Assembly: GCA_002451465.1 (NCBI GenBank)
Contig: DKCJ01000024.1
Location: 29,578-93,577, forward strand
Direction of reading: 5' to 3'
Length of the DNA: 64,000 bases
Source of the DNA: Bacillales bacterium UBA6877
Lineage (GTDB): Bacteria > Bacillota_I > Bacilli_A > RFN20 > CAG-826
Shown here: one piece after another, positions 31,223 to 41,495 of the stretch
How the letters are laid out: each line of letters opens with the position of its first letter
Position numbering within the stretch: the first letter of the stretch is position 1
Position numbers and translations under genes: made by a program
Notes under the pieces: model-generated
What the model was told of the DNA's origin: nothing
Database searches by the model: none
What the model saw: the letters and a program-made list of their open reading frames with translations, nothing else

Positions 31223-31765
31223 CTATTTTGCAGGCTCAACGCTTGCTTCTCCACTAGCTTGTGCTTCAGCACCAGCTGGAGATTTTTTAGCGACTTCGCT
31301 AAGAGAATATGCAAGATTTCTCATTGGAGCTTGTAAAACACTTAATAACATGGATACAAGTCCTTCTTTTGATGGTAACATTGCGACAGTTTGAATATAA
31401 TCTGCATCAACGAATTTTCCATCGAGTAATCCGCCTTTAATCTTTAATCCTTCGTTTAATCTTGTAAATTTACGAATGGCTTTTAAACTACCATTTGTAC
31501 CATCTTTACAAAAGAAATACATATTAGATCCACTAAGTAAGCCTTTAAGTTCATCGCCATATTGTTCACCGATTGCACGGTTAACAAGGGAATTCTTATA
31601 GACAACACTTTTTGCATCTAAAGTACGTAAAGTCTTACGAAGTTCACTGATTTGTTTGACGGTAAGTTTGCTATATTCGCAAACAACGAAAGCATGTGAT
31701 GCTTTAACGTTCTCAGAGACCTCTTGAACAACAGCTGTTTTCGCTTTTAAAACTTGTTTGTTCAT
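31223..31765 (-). CDS. rplJ: 50S ribosomal protein L10
   Basis: 180 aa, typical L10 N-terminal two-thirds with an Ala/Glu-rich tail. Confidence 0.93.
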   Translation of the reverse strand: MNKQVLKAKTAVVQEVSENVKASHAFVVCEYSKLTVKQISELRKTLRTLDAKSVVYKNSLVNRAIGEQYGDELKGLLSGSNMYFFCKDGTNGSLKAIRKFTRLNEGLKIKGGLLDGKFVDADYIQTVAMLPSKEGLVSMLLSVLQAPMRNLAYSLSEVAKKSPAGAEAQASGEASVEPAK

Positions 31766-31903
31766 TCTTTACCTCCCATTTTAATATATTAGGGGCTCAT
31801 ATACATGAGGAATTTATCAACTACCTCGGTAACATAATTAAACACAATTAAGTGTCGTTACGGTCTATGGTATATTAAGCCAACTAAACAATTTTATTAA
31901 CAA
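31766..31903 (-). promoter_or_regulatory. Possible L10 (rplJ) leader RNA
   Basis: A 138-nt untranslated gap before rplJ with local hairpins (ACAC-TTAATT-GTGT; CGTAAC...GTTAC). Called from position by analogy with Bacillota L10 leaders. No covariance model was run. Confidence 0.3.
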
Positions 31904-32590
31904 CTACTTTTGATCATTAACACTAACTTTAACGCTTGGACCCATTGTAGTGTGAACTGTACAAATATTAATATATGTACCTTTAACAGCAGCAGGTCTA
32001 ACCTTAACAATTTGGTTAATAATAGTATTAACGTTTTCTTCTAATTTTTCGGTATCAAATCCAACTTTACCAACAAGAATGTTAATATTACCATCCTTAT
32101 CAGCACGATATTCAACTTTACCAGCTTTTAATTCGGTAACCATCTTCTTGATATCTGGACCAACTGTACCAACCTTTGGGTTTGGCATTAATCCTTTAGG
32201 ACCTAAAACACGACCAGCTTTACCAATTTCACCCATCATTTCAGGTGTAGCACAAATAACATCAAAATCGAACCAACCGCCAAGAATCTTTTCTAATAAT
32301 TCTTTGCCACCAGCATAATCAGCACCAGCTGCTTTTGCATCTTCAACTTTTGAAGTAATAGCGCAAACTTTAACGCTTTTACCAGTACCATGTGGAAGAA
32401 CAACTGTACCTCTAATTTGTTGATCAGCTTGTTTTGTATCAATATTTAAATGCATTGATAAACCAACACTACTTTCAAATTTTGTAACGCTTGTCTTTTT
32501 AACAAGTTCACAAGCATCATGAACGCTATATTCTTTTTTAGTATCGATTAACTTTAAAACTTCTCTATATTTTTTACCATGTAATTTCAT
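31904..32590 (-). CDS. rplA: 50S ribosomal protein L1
   Basis: 228 aa, typical L1. Confidence 0.97.
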   Translation of the reverse strand: MKLHGKKYREVLKLIDTKKEYSVHDACELVKKTSVTKFESSVGLSMHLNIDTKQADQQIRGTVVLPHGTGKSVKVCAITSKVEDAKAAGADYAGGKELLEKILGGWFDFDVICATPEMMGEIGKAGRVLGPKGLMPNPKVGTVGPDIKKMVTELKAGKVEYRADKDGNINILVGKVGFDTEKLEENVNTIINQIVKVRPAAVKGTYINICTVHTTMGPSVKVSVNDQK

Positions 32591-32603
32591 AAATTAACCT
32601 CAA

Positions 32604-33017
32604 CTAGTCAACAACATCAACGCCCATATTCTTGGCGCAACCTTCAATGGTTTTCATTGCTGCTTCGATATCATTAGCGTTCAAATCTGGCATCTTATAT
32701 TCAGCAATTTCTTTAATTTGTGCCTTAGTAATCTTTCCAACTTTAGTAGTTTTTGGATTAGCACTTCCTTGTTTAATACCAACAGCCTTCATAATTAATT
32801 CAGCAGTAGGTGTGGTTTTAATTTCCATTGAGTATGTTTTGTCTTCATACGCAGTGATAATAACTGGGACAGTTTGACCTTTTCTATCGGCAGTTTTTGC
32901 GTTAAAATCTGTACAAAATTTTGGCATAACAACGCCAGCACTTGCAAGTTTTGGACCTGGTTTAGCTTCGCCACCAGGGAGTTCCATTTTAACGACTTTA
33001 GCGATTTTCTTACTCAC
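32604..33017 (-). CDS. rplK: 50S ribosomal protein L11
   Basis: 137 aa, typical L11. GTG start with GGAGG 8 nt upstream. Confidence 0.95.
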   Translation of the reverse strand: MSKKIAKVVKMELPGGEAKPGPKLASAGVVMPKFCTDFNAKTADRKGQTVPVIITAYEDKTYSMEIKTTPTAELIMKAVGIKQGSANPKTTKVGKITKAQIKEIAEYKMPDLNANDIEAAMKTIEGCAKNMGVDVVD

Positions 33018-33182
33018 TTTCGTTTCCTCCTATAGTGATTAGTGGTTTAATGAAGTTTCGTAACTTCTTCCACCTAGGTTAGTTTTAATAACCCGCATAA
33101 TTTCGATATGCTATAAAAAAATACCAAAAAACGCAAAAAAAATCAAGACTTTTTTTGCTTTCTTTTTAAAATATTAATAATG

Positions 33183-33794
33183 TTATTTACCGCTATCAAA
33201 AGCTTTAACAATATCAGAGAACTCTAATTCTACTGGAGTAAGTTTTCCAAAGAACACAGTATTGACTTTTACTGTACCATTTTCTTTATCAAGAGATGAA
33301 ATTGTACCAATATCACCTTCGAATAATCCTCTAAGGATCTTGACTTTATCACCAACGTGATATTGATCATACATTGAGGCATCAACGACACCAACAATTT
33401 TTAATACAGTTTCCATTTCTCTAGCACCAACTGGAGTTGGTTTTTGTCCACGACCACTAGATCCGACAATACCTGTAACGCCTTCAGTATTACGAACAGC
33501 AAACCAGGCCTCATCGGTCATAATCATTTCAACGAAAATATAACCTGGATATAAATTTTTGATTTTTGGTGGTACATCTTCTAATACACCTGTTTCCTTG
33601 TTAAGTTTTTTCTTTGGTTTTCCATTTTTATCTAAAACTGGAATCTCTTCATTTGCAACAATAACTCTAAAAACCTTGTCATCTAAATTCATTGAATGAA
33701 CACGGTTTTTAATGTTTTCAGCAACTTTATTTTCGTTAGCTGAATAAGTTGTAACTATATACCACTTTTTATTTTGTTGTACTTCATTATCCAT
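33183..33794 (-). CDS. nusG: Transcription termination/antitermination factor NusG
   Basis: KKWYIVTTYSANENKV NGN domain and a C-terminal KOW domain. I place the start at MDNEVQQ (33794), because the listed 228-aa ORF overlaps secE. Confidence 0.93.
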   Translation of the reverse strand: MDNEVQQNKKWYIVTTYSANENKVAENIKNRVHSMNLDDKVFRVIVANEEIPVLDKNGKPKKKLNKETGVLEDVPPKIKNLYPGYIFVEMIMTDEAWFAVRNTEGVTGIVGSSGRGQKPTPVGAREMETVLKIVGVVDASMYDQYHVGDKVKILRGLFEGDIGTISSLDKENGTVKVNTVFFGKLTPVELEFSDIVKAFDSGK

Positions 33795-33804
33795 ATTAAA
33801 TCCC

Positions 33805-34005
33805 CTATCTAAGACTTTCAAAAGCATTCCTAAGTTGAGTAATAAGTGTACCAGTTGCAGCATCTTCAATTGCTAGAAAAATAGCTGCAAAAACCGTAAT
33901 TACAATAACTGTAGCAACAGCACCAAAAAATGGTTCACGTTTAATCCAACGAATTCTATGCGCTTCTTTACCAACACCTTTAAAATATCTTACAATTTTA
34001 CCCAT
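33805..34005 (-). CDS. secE: Preprotein translocase subunit SecE
   Basis: 66 aa with a single TM helix preceded by the E..KI.W-type motif (EAHRIRWIKRE). Confidence 0.9.
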   Translation of the reverse strand: MGKIVRYFKGVGKEAHRIRWIKREPFFGAVATVIVITVFAAIFLAIEDAATGTLITQLRNAFESLR

Positions 34006-34013
34006 AACTATAC

Positions 34014-34172
34014 CTACTTGCTTTCTTTATGAATCGTATATTTATTGCAACGAGGACAATATTTTCTAATTTCTAACCTTTTTGTAGAATCTTCACTTCT
34101 TTTAGTGGTTGTGTAATTTCTACTTAAACATTCCGAGCAAATTAAAATAACTTTTTTCCTCATATGATTCAT
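34014..34172 (-). CDS. rpmG: 50S ribosomal protein L33
   Basis: Not in the ORF track (under 60 aa). The minus strand encodes (MNH)[49 protein letters not shown]. The RBS GGAAGGA favours the ATG at 34172; the canonical MRKK start is at 34163. Confidence 0.9.
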   Translation of the reverse strand: MNHMRKKVILICSECLSRNYTTTKRSEDSTKRLEIRKYCPRCNKYTIHKESK

Positions 34173-34232
34173 TATATTCCTTCCTAGTCTATAAGAATAT
34201 AGAAAATATTAGAAAGATTGTCAATATCCAAT

Positions 34233-34874
34233 TTAATTGGAATCTCCAATTTCAATATTATTTTGTTTTAGATAATTCTTAATTTTCTTTTTCCCAGAAT
34301 TAAAATACTTAATACAATCTCGGTATTTTAAATTACAATCTCTAGATATTTCTTTAAAAGAATATGATTTAAGATAATAATGATATACCATTTTTTCTTT
34401 ATTATTTATAATATTTGATTTCTCGCCAAGAATAATATTTGATAATTCAGATTCTCCAATTTGTGTTTTATTAACATCGTCCATATTATTTAAATAAGTA
34501 TCGTTTTCAAAATAATCTTCTTCCTTACCAATTGCTCTTACTTCACTAACACGAGTTAAACCAGTTTCTTTTTTAATAATTGTTCTTAAACGATTGAAAT
34601 AAAGATATTTATAAAAACTTAAAACTGTTCCTCTAGTTTCATCATATCTTTCTAAGAGTTGCATGAAACAATAAATATATTCTTCATCTAAATCTCTTAA
34701 ATTTAATCCAGCTTTCTTCGCTTGATAGTAAAAATGATATTGAACATTTTTACAAGCACCAACAAGCGAATCAAAAAGTATTCTTTGAAAACTCTTTTCT
34801 CCACATAAACTTCGTCTTAAATAATCTTTTGCGACCTCATCGTTTGAAAGGTCCATTAAAATAGCTTTTTTCAT
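34233..34874 (-). CDS. Sigma-70 family sigma factor, SigH-like by position
   Basis: A region-2-like segment (YIYCFMQLLERYDETRGTVLSFYKYLYFNRLRTIIKK) and a C-terminal region-4 HTH (YSFKEISRDCNLKYRDCIKYF). It sits directly upstream of rpmG-secE-nusG, as sigH does in B. subtilis. I place the start at MKKAILM (AAGGAGG 5 nt upstream). Confidence 0.7.
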   Translation of the reverse strand: MKKAILMDLSNDEVAKDYLRRSLCGEKSFQRILFDSLVGACKNVQYHFYYQAKKAGLNLRDLDEEYIYCFMQLLERYDETRGTVLSFYKYLYFNRLRTIIKKETGLTRVSEVRAIGKEEDYFENDTYLNNMDDVNKTQIGESELSNIILGEKSNIINNKEKMVYHYYLKSYSFKEISRDCNLKYRDCIKYFNSGKKKIKNYLKQNNIEIGDSN

Positions 34875-34913
34875 AAAAGCCTCCTTAGGAATCATCAACA
34901 ACTACAGCACAAT

Positions 34914-35621
34914 CTATTTTCTTGTGCTTAGTTCATACAAAACGATTGCGCAAGAAACCGATGCATTAAGACAACTTACATGTCCTTTCATCGGAATTTT
35001 TGTCATGAAATCGCAATTTTTTCTAACAAGTCGAGAAATTCCATATCCTTCACTACCAACAACAATAGCAAGTGAACAATCTTTTGGAATCGATTTAAGA
35101 TCATCTTTTGCTTCACCAGCAAGTCCAACTACCCAAAAATTATTTTTCTTCAATACTTCAATTGATTGGGATAAATTTGCAACTTCGCAACATTTGACAT
35201 AATTAATGGCTCCAGAGGATGTTGCGGCAACTGTTTGATTTAAAGAAACATTATTACGCTTTTTAAAAATAACTCCAGAGACACCAAAAACATCGCAACT
35301 TCTCAATATTGCTCCTAAGTTATGTGGATCACTTAATTCATCTAGTATAACAATTATAGGATTTTCAATATTTTTGCTAGATTCAATGATTTCACCTAAA
35401 GAATACAACTTATAATCTTTTGCGATAGCTACACAACCTTGATTATCAAAGCCATATTTTTTAATAAATTCATTTTTAGTTAGTTTAAAAAGAGGAATAT
35501 GTTTTTCTTTTGCTAAATCAAGAATATTTTGGTTGCCAAAAGAATCACTATAAAATAACTTTAACACTCTATTAGCTTTTAAAGACTCGTATATTGAGTT
35601 GTTTGAAATTAATTTAATCAT
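34914..35621 (-). CDS. rlmB: TrmH-family 23S rRNA 2'-O-ribose methyltransferase (RlmB/YacO-like)
   Basis: SpoU/TrmH motifs DPHNLGAILRS, IVVGSEGYGIS and LNASVSCAIVLYE. Confidence 0.85.
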   Translation of the reverse strand: MIKLISNNSIYESLKANRVLKLFYSDSFGNQNILDLAKEKHIPLFKLTKNEFIKKYGFDNQGCVAIAKDYKLYSLGEIIESSKNIENPIIVILDELSDPHNLGAILRSCDVFGVSGVIFKKRNNVSLNQTVAATSSGAINYVKCCEVANLSQSIEVLKKNNFWVVGLAGEAKDDLKSIPKDCSLAIVVGSEGYGISRLVRKNCDFMTKIPMKGHVSCLNASVSCAIVLYELSTRK

Positions 35622-35657
35622 AATTTTTTAAAATAAGATAGTAATATTTTTTTATTT

Positions 35658-36407
35658 TTAAATTTTTTCGATATTTAAAGGATTTATTTCAATTTTAAGT
35701 AAGTTAATAAATTCTTCAATTCTTTTTTTATCATCAGTAGCAATTGCAAAAGTAATTCTTAAGATTCTTGTTTCATCATATTTTCCGAGTGTAACGTCTA
35801 AATCTTTAATTGTAAGATTAGCTTGATCACCAAGTTCTAAAATTTTTGTGATAGCATCTGTCTCTCTTTTTACAATAATCATCATATTAATGCTTTTTCT
35901 AACTGCAAAATTTTCAAGCTTAACAAGTAAACTTAAAACAAGAAGAGCAAGTAAAGTTGCAATTGTTGCAATAATAAACCAACCATTACCACAAGCAACA
36001 CCAATTGCCATTGACATCCATAAAGTTGTAGCGGTTGTTAAGCCTTTAACTGAAACACCATTATGAATAATTGTTCCAGCCCCTAAAAAACCAGCACCAC
36101 TTACAATACCTGCAGTAATTCTTGATTTATCAAAATTACCGCCAATACTATTTAATCCACCATAAATTGAAATAACAGTTAAAAGGCAGCAACCAAGCGA
36201 AAATAAAACATGCGTTCTTAATCCTGCAGCATGTCCGCTAACTTCTCTTTGGTATCCAATACATCCGCCAAGAACAATAGATAATAAAAGCGAAATAATA
36301 ACTAATGCAAAATTACCCCAAGATCCAAGATTATTGAAAAAATCAATAATAATTCCATCTAAAGTAAAACTATCAGTATTATTTGCTAAAACAACAAAAT
36401 TCATCAT
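35658..36407 (-). CDS. MgtC/SapB family membrane protein
   Basis: GYQREVSGHAAGLRTHVL is the MgtC signature. There are 4-5 TM helices plus a soluble ACT-like C-terminus. The ATG ATG start lies 2 nt after the cysS stop. Confidence 0.8.
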   Translation of the reverse strand: MMNFVVLANNTDSFTLDGIIIDFFNNLGSWGNFALVIISLLLSIVLGGCIGYQREVSGHAAGLRTHVLFSLGCCLLTVISIYGGLNSIGGNFDKSRITAGIVSGAGFLGAGTIIHNGVSVKGLTTATTLWMSMAIGVACGNGWFIIATIATLLALLVLSLLVKLENFAVRKSINMMIIVKRETDAITKILELGDQANLTIKDLDVTLGKYDETRILRITFAIATDDKKRIEEFINLLKIEINPLNIEKI

Positions 36408-36408
36408 C

Positions 36409-37740
36409 TTACAACACACCTTTACTAATTAATTCATTTCTTAATAAATCACTTTTAGTGAAATTTTTCGCTTTTTTTGCTTCAAGATATTCTTTATATA
36501 AAGCAATATCTTCTTTATTGAATTCAATAACTTTATTATGTAAACCTAAAATATATACCATGTCTTGTAATGTATAAAAATAATCTTCTAAAGTTTTTAA
36601 ATCCCCATTAGGTTTTCTTAATTCAACATTTGCACCCTTAATTGTTTCTAAAAGTTCTGTCACAGCATTTGGTAAATTAATATCATCAGCCAAAGCTGAT
36701 AAAAACTTCTCAATTTTAGTTGATTTTCCAAATAATTGACCACCTTCTACAGCAATTTTTAAATTAAGTTGTTTCCATACATTTTGAAGTTTTTGTAATG
36801 TTAATCTTGTTTCATTTGCAACTTCATCAGTAAAATTTAAAATTGAACGATATTGGCAATTAAGTAAAAGCAAACGGACTACATCCGCACCATATTCTTT
36901 AATACCATCTTTAGCTAGGATAACATTTCCAAGGGATTTAGACATTTTTTCATTATTGATATTCATCATTCCATTATGAATCCAATAATTAGCGATAGTA
37001 TTATGATGTGTGGCTTCCGCTTGAGCAATTTCATTTTCGTGATGTGGAAAAATTAAATCATGTCCACCGCCATGAATATCAATCATTCCACCAAAAATTG
37101 TATCAATCATGACACAACATTCAGTGTGCCATCCAGGTCTTCCGTCTCCCCATTTTGTATGCCACTTTATACCTACATCAGTTTTTTTCCAAAGAGCAAA
37201 ATCATATGGATTACGTTTTTTGTCGTTAGTGGCAATTCTTTGTCCAGCATTCAATTCGTTAAGTTTTATATTTGATAAAATTCCATAATTTGGAACACTT
37301 GTGACATCAAAAAATACATCCCCATCCACGACATATGCAGCACCAATATTAACCAAATTTTCAATATATTTAATAATATATGGCATATATTCTGTAACAC
37401 GTGGGTTTTTATATGCTTTTAAACAATTTAATGAATCAAGACATGCTCTATAACTTGCAATATATCTATTAGCAATCTCAAGTTCGCTAACACCTTCTTG
37501 AATGGCTTTATTAATAATCTTATCATCAACATCGGTATAGTTACTAACGTATTTTACATCGTATCCTACATATTTTAAAAAGCGAACCAATGTATCAAAA
37601 ATAACAACTGGTCGCATATTACCAATATGTGGTTCGTTATAAACTGTTGGTCCACAACAATAAATACTAACCTCATTAGGTTTAATTGTTTTAAAAAGTT
37701 GAATACTATTTGTTAAAGTGTTATAAAATTTAATTTCCAT
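36409..37740 (-). CDS. cysS: Cysteine--tRNA ligase
   Basis: HIGN (PHIGNMRP) and KMSKS motifs. I place the start at MEIKFYNTLT (37740); the listed upstream extension has no homology-like sequence. Confidence 0.93.
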   Translation of the reverse strand: MEIKFYNTLTNSIQLFKTIKPNEVSIYCCGPTVYNEPHIGNMRPVVIFDTLVRFLKYVGYDVKYVSNYTDVDDKIINKAIQEGVSELEIANRYIASYRACLDSLNCLKAYKNPRVTEYMPYIIKYIENLVNIGAAYVVDGDVFFDVTSVPNYGILSNIKLNELNAGQRIATNDKKRNPYDFALWKKTDVGIKWHTKWGDGRPGWHTECCVMIDTIFGGMIDIHGGGHDLIFPHHENEIAQAEATHHNTIANYWIHNGMMNINNEKMSKSLGNVILAKDGIKEYGADVVRLLLLNCQYRSILNFTDEVANETRLTLQKLQNVWKQLNLKIAVEGGQLFGKSTKIEKFLSALADDINLPNAVTELLETIKGANVELRKPNGDLKTLEDYFYTLQDMVYILGLHNKVIEFNKEDIALYKEYLEAKKAKNFTKSDLLRNELISKGVL

Positions 37741-37883
37741 ATGTAAGATTTTACCATAAAATTTCTTTATTTTTAATAAATTACATATTAAATTTGGTTT
37801 TGAATGCATTTATATTAAAAGAAAAATAATTTAGTTTTACAAATTTATATATATTAAACCTAATATTTTTAGACTTTAGTTAA

Positions 37884-37912
37884 TTGAAAAAGAATATTGT
37901 TAATATTATAAT
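37884..37912 (+). promoter_or_regulatory. Promoter of trpS
   Basis: TTGAAA (37884-37889), 17-nt spacer, TATAAT (37907-37912). GGAGG RBS lies before the ATG at 37939. Confidence 0.6.
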
Positions 37913-37938
37913 TTTTGTGATTTTGGAGGAAGAATCAT

Positions 37939-38931
37939 ATGAAAAAATCATTAAGTGGTATTAAACCTACCGGAAACTTAACTTTAGGAAATTATATAGG
38001 GGCTTTGATGCATTTTAAAGACTATCAAGATGAATACAAAAATTATATATTTGTCGCTGATTTACATGCATTAACTTTACCTATTGATCCAAAATTTCTT
38101 CATGATAATACAAAAGATATTGTTGCTTTTTATATAGCGGCAGGATTAGATCCAAAAAAGACCACAATATTTTTACAAAGTGATGTTTCAGCACATTCAG
38201 AACTTAATGCAATTATTCAAAACTATTTATATATGGGTGAGCTTTCAAGAATGACTCAATTCAAAGAAAAAAGTCAAAAACTCAATCAAAACGCAATCGG
38301 ATTAGGTCTTTTTGCTTATCCTGTTTTAATGACTGCTGATATTATTCTTTATGATGCAGATATCGTACCAGTTGGTGAAGATCAACAACAACATGTTGAA
38401 CTTGCTAGAACTTTAGTCCATAGAATGAATGAAAGATATCATCAAGAATTATTTAGAATGCCAAAAGCCGTAACTCCAAAAGTTGGCGCAAGAATTATGT
38501 CCTTAACAGATCCAACACATAAAATGTCAAAATCAGATCCAAAAGGCGATATTTTCTTAAAAGATGATTTAAAAACCATTAGAAAAAAGATTATGTCTGC
38601 TGTAACTGATATGGATAATAACATTCATTATGATCCGGTTAATAAACCAGGTATTTCAAATTTAATGACAATTTATGCTTGTTTAAAAAACGTCTCAATT
38701 GAGGATGTTGAAAATGAATTTAAAGATTGCCATCGTTATGGAGATTTTAAAAAAGCTGTGGCAGATGTGGTTTGTAATACTCTTGAACCATTCCAAAATA
38801 AATATAAAGAAGTTTTAGAAAGTGGCGAAATAGATAAAATACTTAAAGATGGCGCCTTAAAAGCGAGTAAAATTGCCAATCAAACTTTATTAAGAGTTAA
38901 AAAAGCAGTTGGTTTATACACTCATGAATAA
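37939..38931 (+). CDS. trpS: Tryptophan--tRNA ligase
   Basis: A class I motif near the N-terminus (GNLTLGNYIGA) and a KMSKS motif. Confidence 0.95.
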   Translation: MKKSLSGIKPTGNLTLGNYIGALMHFKDYQDEYKNYIFVADLHALTLPIDPKFLHDNTKDIVAFYIAAGLDPKKTTIFLQSDVSAHSELNAIIQNYLYMGELSRMTQFKEKSQKLNQNAIGLGLFAYPVLMTADIILYDADIVPVGEDQQQHVELARTLVHRMNERYHQELFRMPKAVTPKVGARIMSLTDPTHKMSKSDPKGDIFLKDDLKTIRKKIMSAVTDMDNNIHYDPVNKPGISNLMTIYACLKNVSIEDVENEFKDCHRYGDFKKAVADVVCNTLEPFQNKYKEVLESGEIDKILKDGALKASKIANQTLLRVKKAVGLYTHE

Positions 38932-39757
38932 TAAATTACTTATCGGTTCAGACTTAGATGGAACTCTATTAACTGATAATAAAAAAATTCGTTTTAAAAC
39001 GAAAAGATATATTCATAAATTAAAAAAAATGGGGAATATAGTTGTTTTAGCAACCGGAAGACCGGTAAGAACAACTATTCCTTTTTATGAAAGCTTAAAA
39101 ATTGATACACCGATTATTTGTTATAATGGAGCTTTTTGTTTTAATCCTCATGATAAAAAATTTAGACCACTATCATATCCAATTCCAAAAAGTGTAATTA
39201 AAAAACATTATCCTTATTTTAAGGAAAAATTTTCTAATGCAGCATTGTGTGAAAGTTTAAACCACATTTATTATGAAGGTGAAAAAGAAATCTTTGGTTT
39301 TACCTTAATAAGAGATAAAAACAGCAAAGAATATATGCCAAAAGAAATAAGTGGACCTTTAGAAAAAACTATATCGGAAAGCGTCTATTCTTTTATTATG
39401 CATTCATTAAGACATGATGAAGAATTTAAAAATGAAATTATTTCTTATGTAAAAAATAATATGCCTGGATATATAGTAGATTTTTGGAGTGAAAATTGGT
39501 ATTTCGAAATAAGAAAAGAAGGTGTAAACAAAGCTTCAACTTTAAGAAAATTACAAAAACTATATAAAATACCGAATGAAAATGTTTATACCTTTGGTGA
39601 TTCAGTAAATGATATTCAATTAATAAATGAATTTAAGCATGGTTATACAATGGTTAATGGAAAAGAATATTTAAAAACAAATAATGTAACAAAAAAAGAC
39701 AACAACCATAATGGTGTTGTCTATGAGATTAAACAAATCTTAAAAACTAAGAATTAA
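38924..39757 (+). CDS. Cof-type HAD-IIB phosphatase
   Basis: DLDGTLL motif I and GDSVNDIQL motif IV. The ATG at 38924 overlaps the trpS stop by 8 nt (ATGAATAA). Confidence 0.8.
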   Translation: MNNKLLIGSDLDGTLLTDNKKIRFKTKRYIHKLKKMGNIVVLATGRPVRTTIPFYESLKIDTPIICYNGAFCFNPHDKKFRPLSYPIPKSVIKKHYPYFKEKFSNAALCESLNHIYYEGEKEIFGFTLIRDKNSKEYMPKEISGPLEKTISESVYSFIMHSLRHDEEFKNEIISYVKNNMPGYIVDFWSENWYFEIRKEGVNKASTLRKLQKLYKIPNENVYTFGDSVNDIQLINEFKHGYTMVNGKEYLKTNNVTKKDNNHNGVVYEIKQILKTKN

Positions 39758-41465
39758 CATTTAAATCTTTTAATAATTCACTATATATTAGGTCGCAACG
39801 TTTATCACAAGACTCTTTATCTTCGCCAACAACTTCAATATAAAATTTAATTTTTGGTTCAGTTCCAGATGGTCTTATGCAAACAGTTGTTGAATCAGAT
39901 AAATAATATTTAACTAAATCACCAGTTGGAAGACCAACAATATCTTCAATCATTTTGCTTGCAGTATAATAACGTTTCTTATTGAAATAATCTTCAAATT
40001 TAGTAACGTCTTTGCCAGCAATTTTTTGTAATGGATCATAAATTGCGTGATTCATAATTTCTTCCATTTTATGAGCGCCTTTTGATCCTTCAAGATATAT
40101 ATTATAAAGTTTATTGTGGTGATAGCCATAAACTTTACCTAAATTATTATAGACATCTACAAGATTTAAACCTTGAAGGTGATAATATAAAGCCATTTCA
40201 CAATATAATAAAATTGCTTGAATACCATCTTTATCTCTAACAAATGGTTTTGGTAAGCAACCATATGATTCTTCATAACCAAATTCATAAGTTGGTCCAT
40301 TATGAATTTCATAATAATTTATACGGTCACCAATATATTTAAAACCAGTTAAAACTTGTTCAGTTTTAACGCCATAATGACCAGCAATTAATCTACCAAG
40401 TTCACTTGTAACGATTGTATTAAACATAACTCCATCTTTACTAAGTGTACCTTTCTTTTGTCTTTGACTAAATAAATAATCAATTAAAATTGCAGCTGAT
40501 TCATTACCAGTTAATAAGGCGTATTCGCCATTTTTAGTTTTACAAGCTAAACCAACTCTATCTCCATCTGGATCAGTCATACAAATTAAATCTGCATCAA
40601 TTTCTTTCGCTAATTTAATTGGTTCAATAAATGATCTTGGATCTTCTGGGTTTGGAGAAAGCGTTCCACTGAAATCTGGATCGGGTTTACATTGACTTAA
40701 AACAGGATAAACTTCATATCCGCAATCTTTAAAAACACGCATTGCATTAACATAACTCGTGCCATGATTTGGAGTATAAACAATTTTAAAACCTTTTTTA
40801 TCTAAATCTTTATTTTCTTGAATACTTTCACAAAGAGCAACATATGTGTCATCAACTTCTTTTTCAAGAATTACTTGGTCACCTCTTACTTTATCATGTG
40901 GCACTTCAACTTCAAGTTCATTTGGTAAACTATTAATAATTTTAATTAATGGTTCAATTTTTTGAGGCACCATTTGACAACCAGTCTCATCATAAACCTT
41001 ATAACCATTATAGTTTTTTGGGTTATGCGAAGCAGTAATCATAATACCTGCATCACACTTTTTATATCTAACAGCATAAGAAAGTTCTGGTGTTGGTCTT
41101 AATGAATCAAATAAATAGGTTTTAATACCCATTTCATTTAAAATATCGCTACATTCAAGAGCAAATTCACGGGAAAAATGACGATTATCATGCGAAATTG
41201 CTACACCTTTTTCTCTAGCATGTTGATGAAATTGTTTTAGATATAAACCTAATGCAACAGTTACTTTTTTAACTGTAAAATAGTTCATTCTATTTGTTCC
41301 AGGACCTAAAATACCTCTTAGACCACCTGTACCAAATTCAATGTTTTTAAAAAAAGCTTCATCTTTTGTTTCATCATCCATCTTAAGTAAAGCTTCTTTG
41401 TCTTCTTTTGATACTTTTTCGCTATTTAACCAACGATTAAAGTTTTCTAATGTATTACTTTCCAT
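39747..41465 (-). CDS. Phosphoglucomutase/phosphomannomutase (alpha-D-phosphohexomutase, PgcA-like)
   Basis: Catalytic TASHNP loop (ITASHNPKNYNGYKV), metal loop DPDGDR, and sugar loop GYEESYG. Confidence 0.88.
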   Translation of the reverse strand: MESNTLENFNRWLNSEKVSKEDKEALLKMDDETKDEAFFKNIEFGTGGLRGILGPGTNRMNYFTVKKVTVALGLYLKQFHQHAREKGVAISHDNRHFSREFALECSDILNEMGIKTYLFDSLRPTPELSYAVRYKKCDAGIMITASHNPKNYNGYKVYDETGCQMVPQKIEPLIKIINSLPNELEVEVPHDKVRGDQVILEKEVDDTYVALCESIQENKDLDKKGFKIVYTPNHGTSYVNAMRVFKDCGYEVYPVLSQCKPDPDFSGTLSPNPEDPRSFIEPIKLAKEIDADLICMTDPDGDRVGLACKTKNGEYALLTGNESAAILIDYLFSQRQKKGTLSKDGVMFNTIVTSELGRLIAGHYGVKTEQVLTGFKYIGDRINYYEIHNGPTYEFGYEESYGCLPKPFVRDKDGIQAILLYCEMALYYHLQGLNLVDVYNNLGKVYGYHHNKLYNIYLEGSKGAHKMEEIMNHAIYDPLQKIAGKDVTKFEDYFNKKRYYTASKMIEDIVGLPTGDLVKYYLSDSTTVCIRPSGTEPKIKFYIEVVGEDKESCDKRCDLIYSELLKDLNVNS

Positions 41466-41495
41466 TTTCCCTAAATCCTCCGTTCAATATTATAA

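Noticed and set aside
37741-37938. T-box leader for cysS or trpS in the divergent intergenic region
   Set aside because: Only about 200 nt is shared by the two genes, it is extremely AT-rich, and there is no T-box core (AATTAGGGTGGTACCGCG-like) or specifier/antiterminator architecture. A plain TTGAAA-17-TATAAT promoter explains trpS.
31158-38624. ORFs overlapping rplL/rplJ, rplA, rplK, rlmB, the MgtC gene, cysS and trpS (31158-31394, 32079-32318, 32632-32877, 34924-35202, 35848-36066, 36383-36577, 37060-37275, 38442-38624)
   Set aside because: These are shadow ORFs inside well-supported genes.
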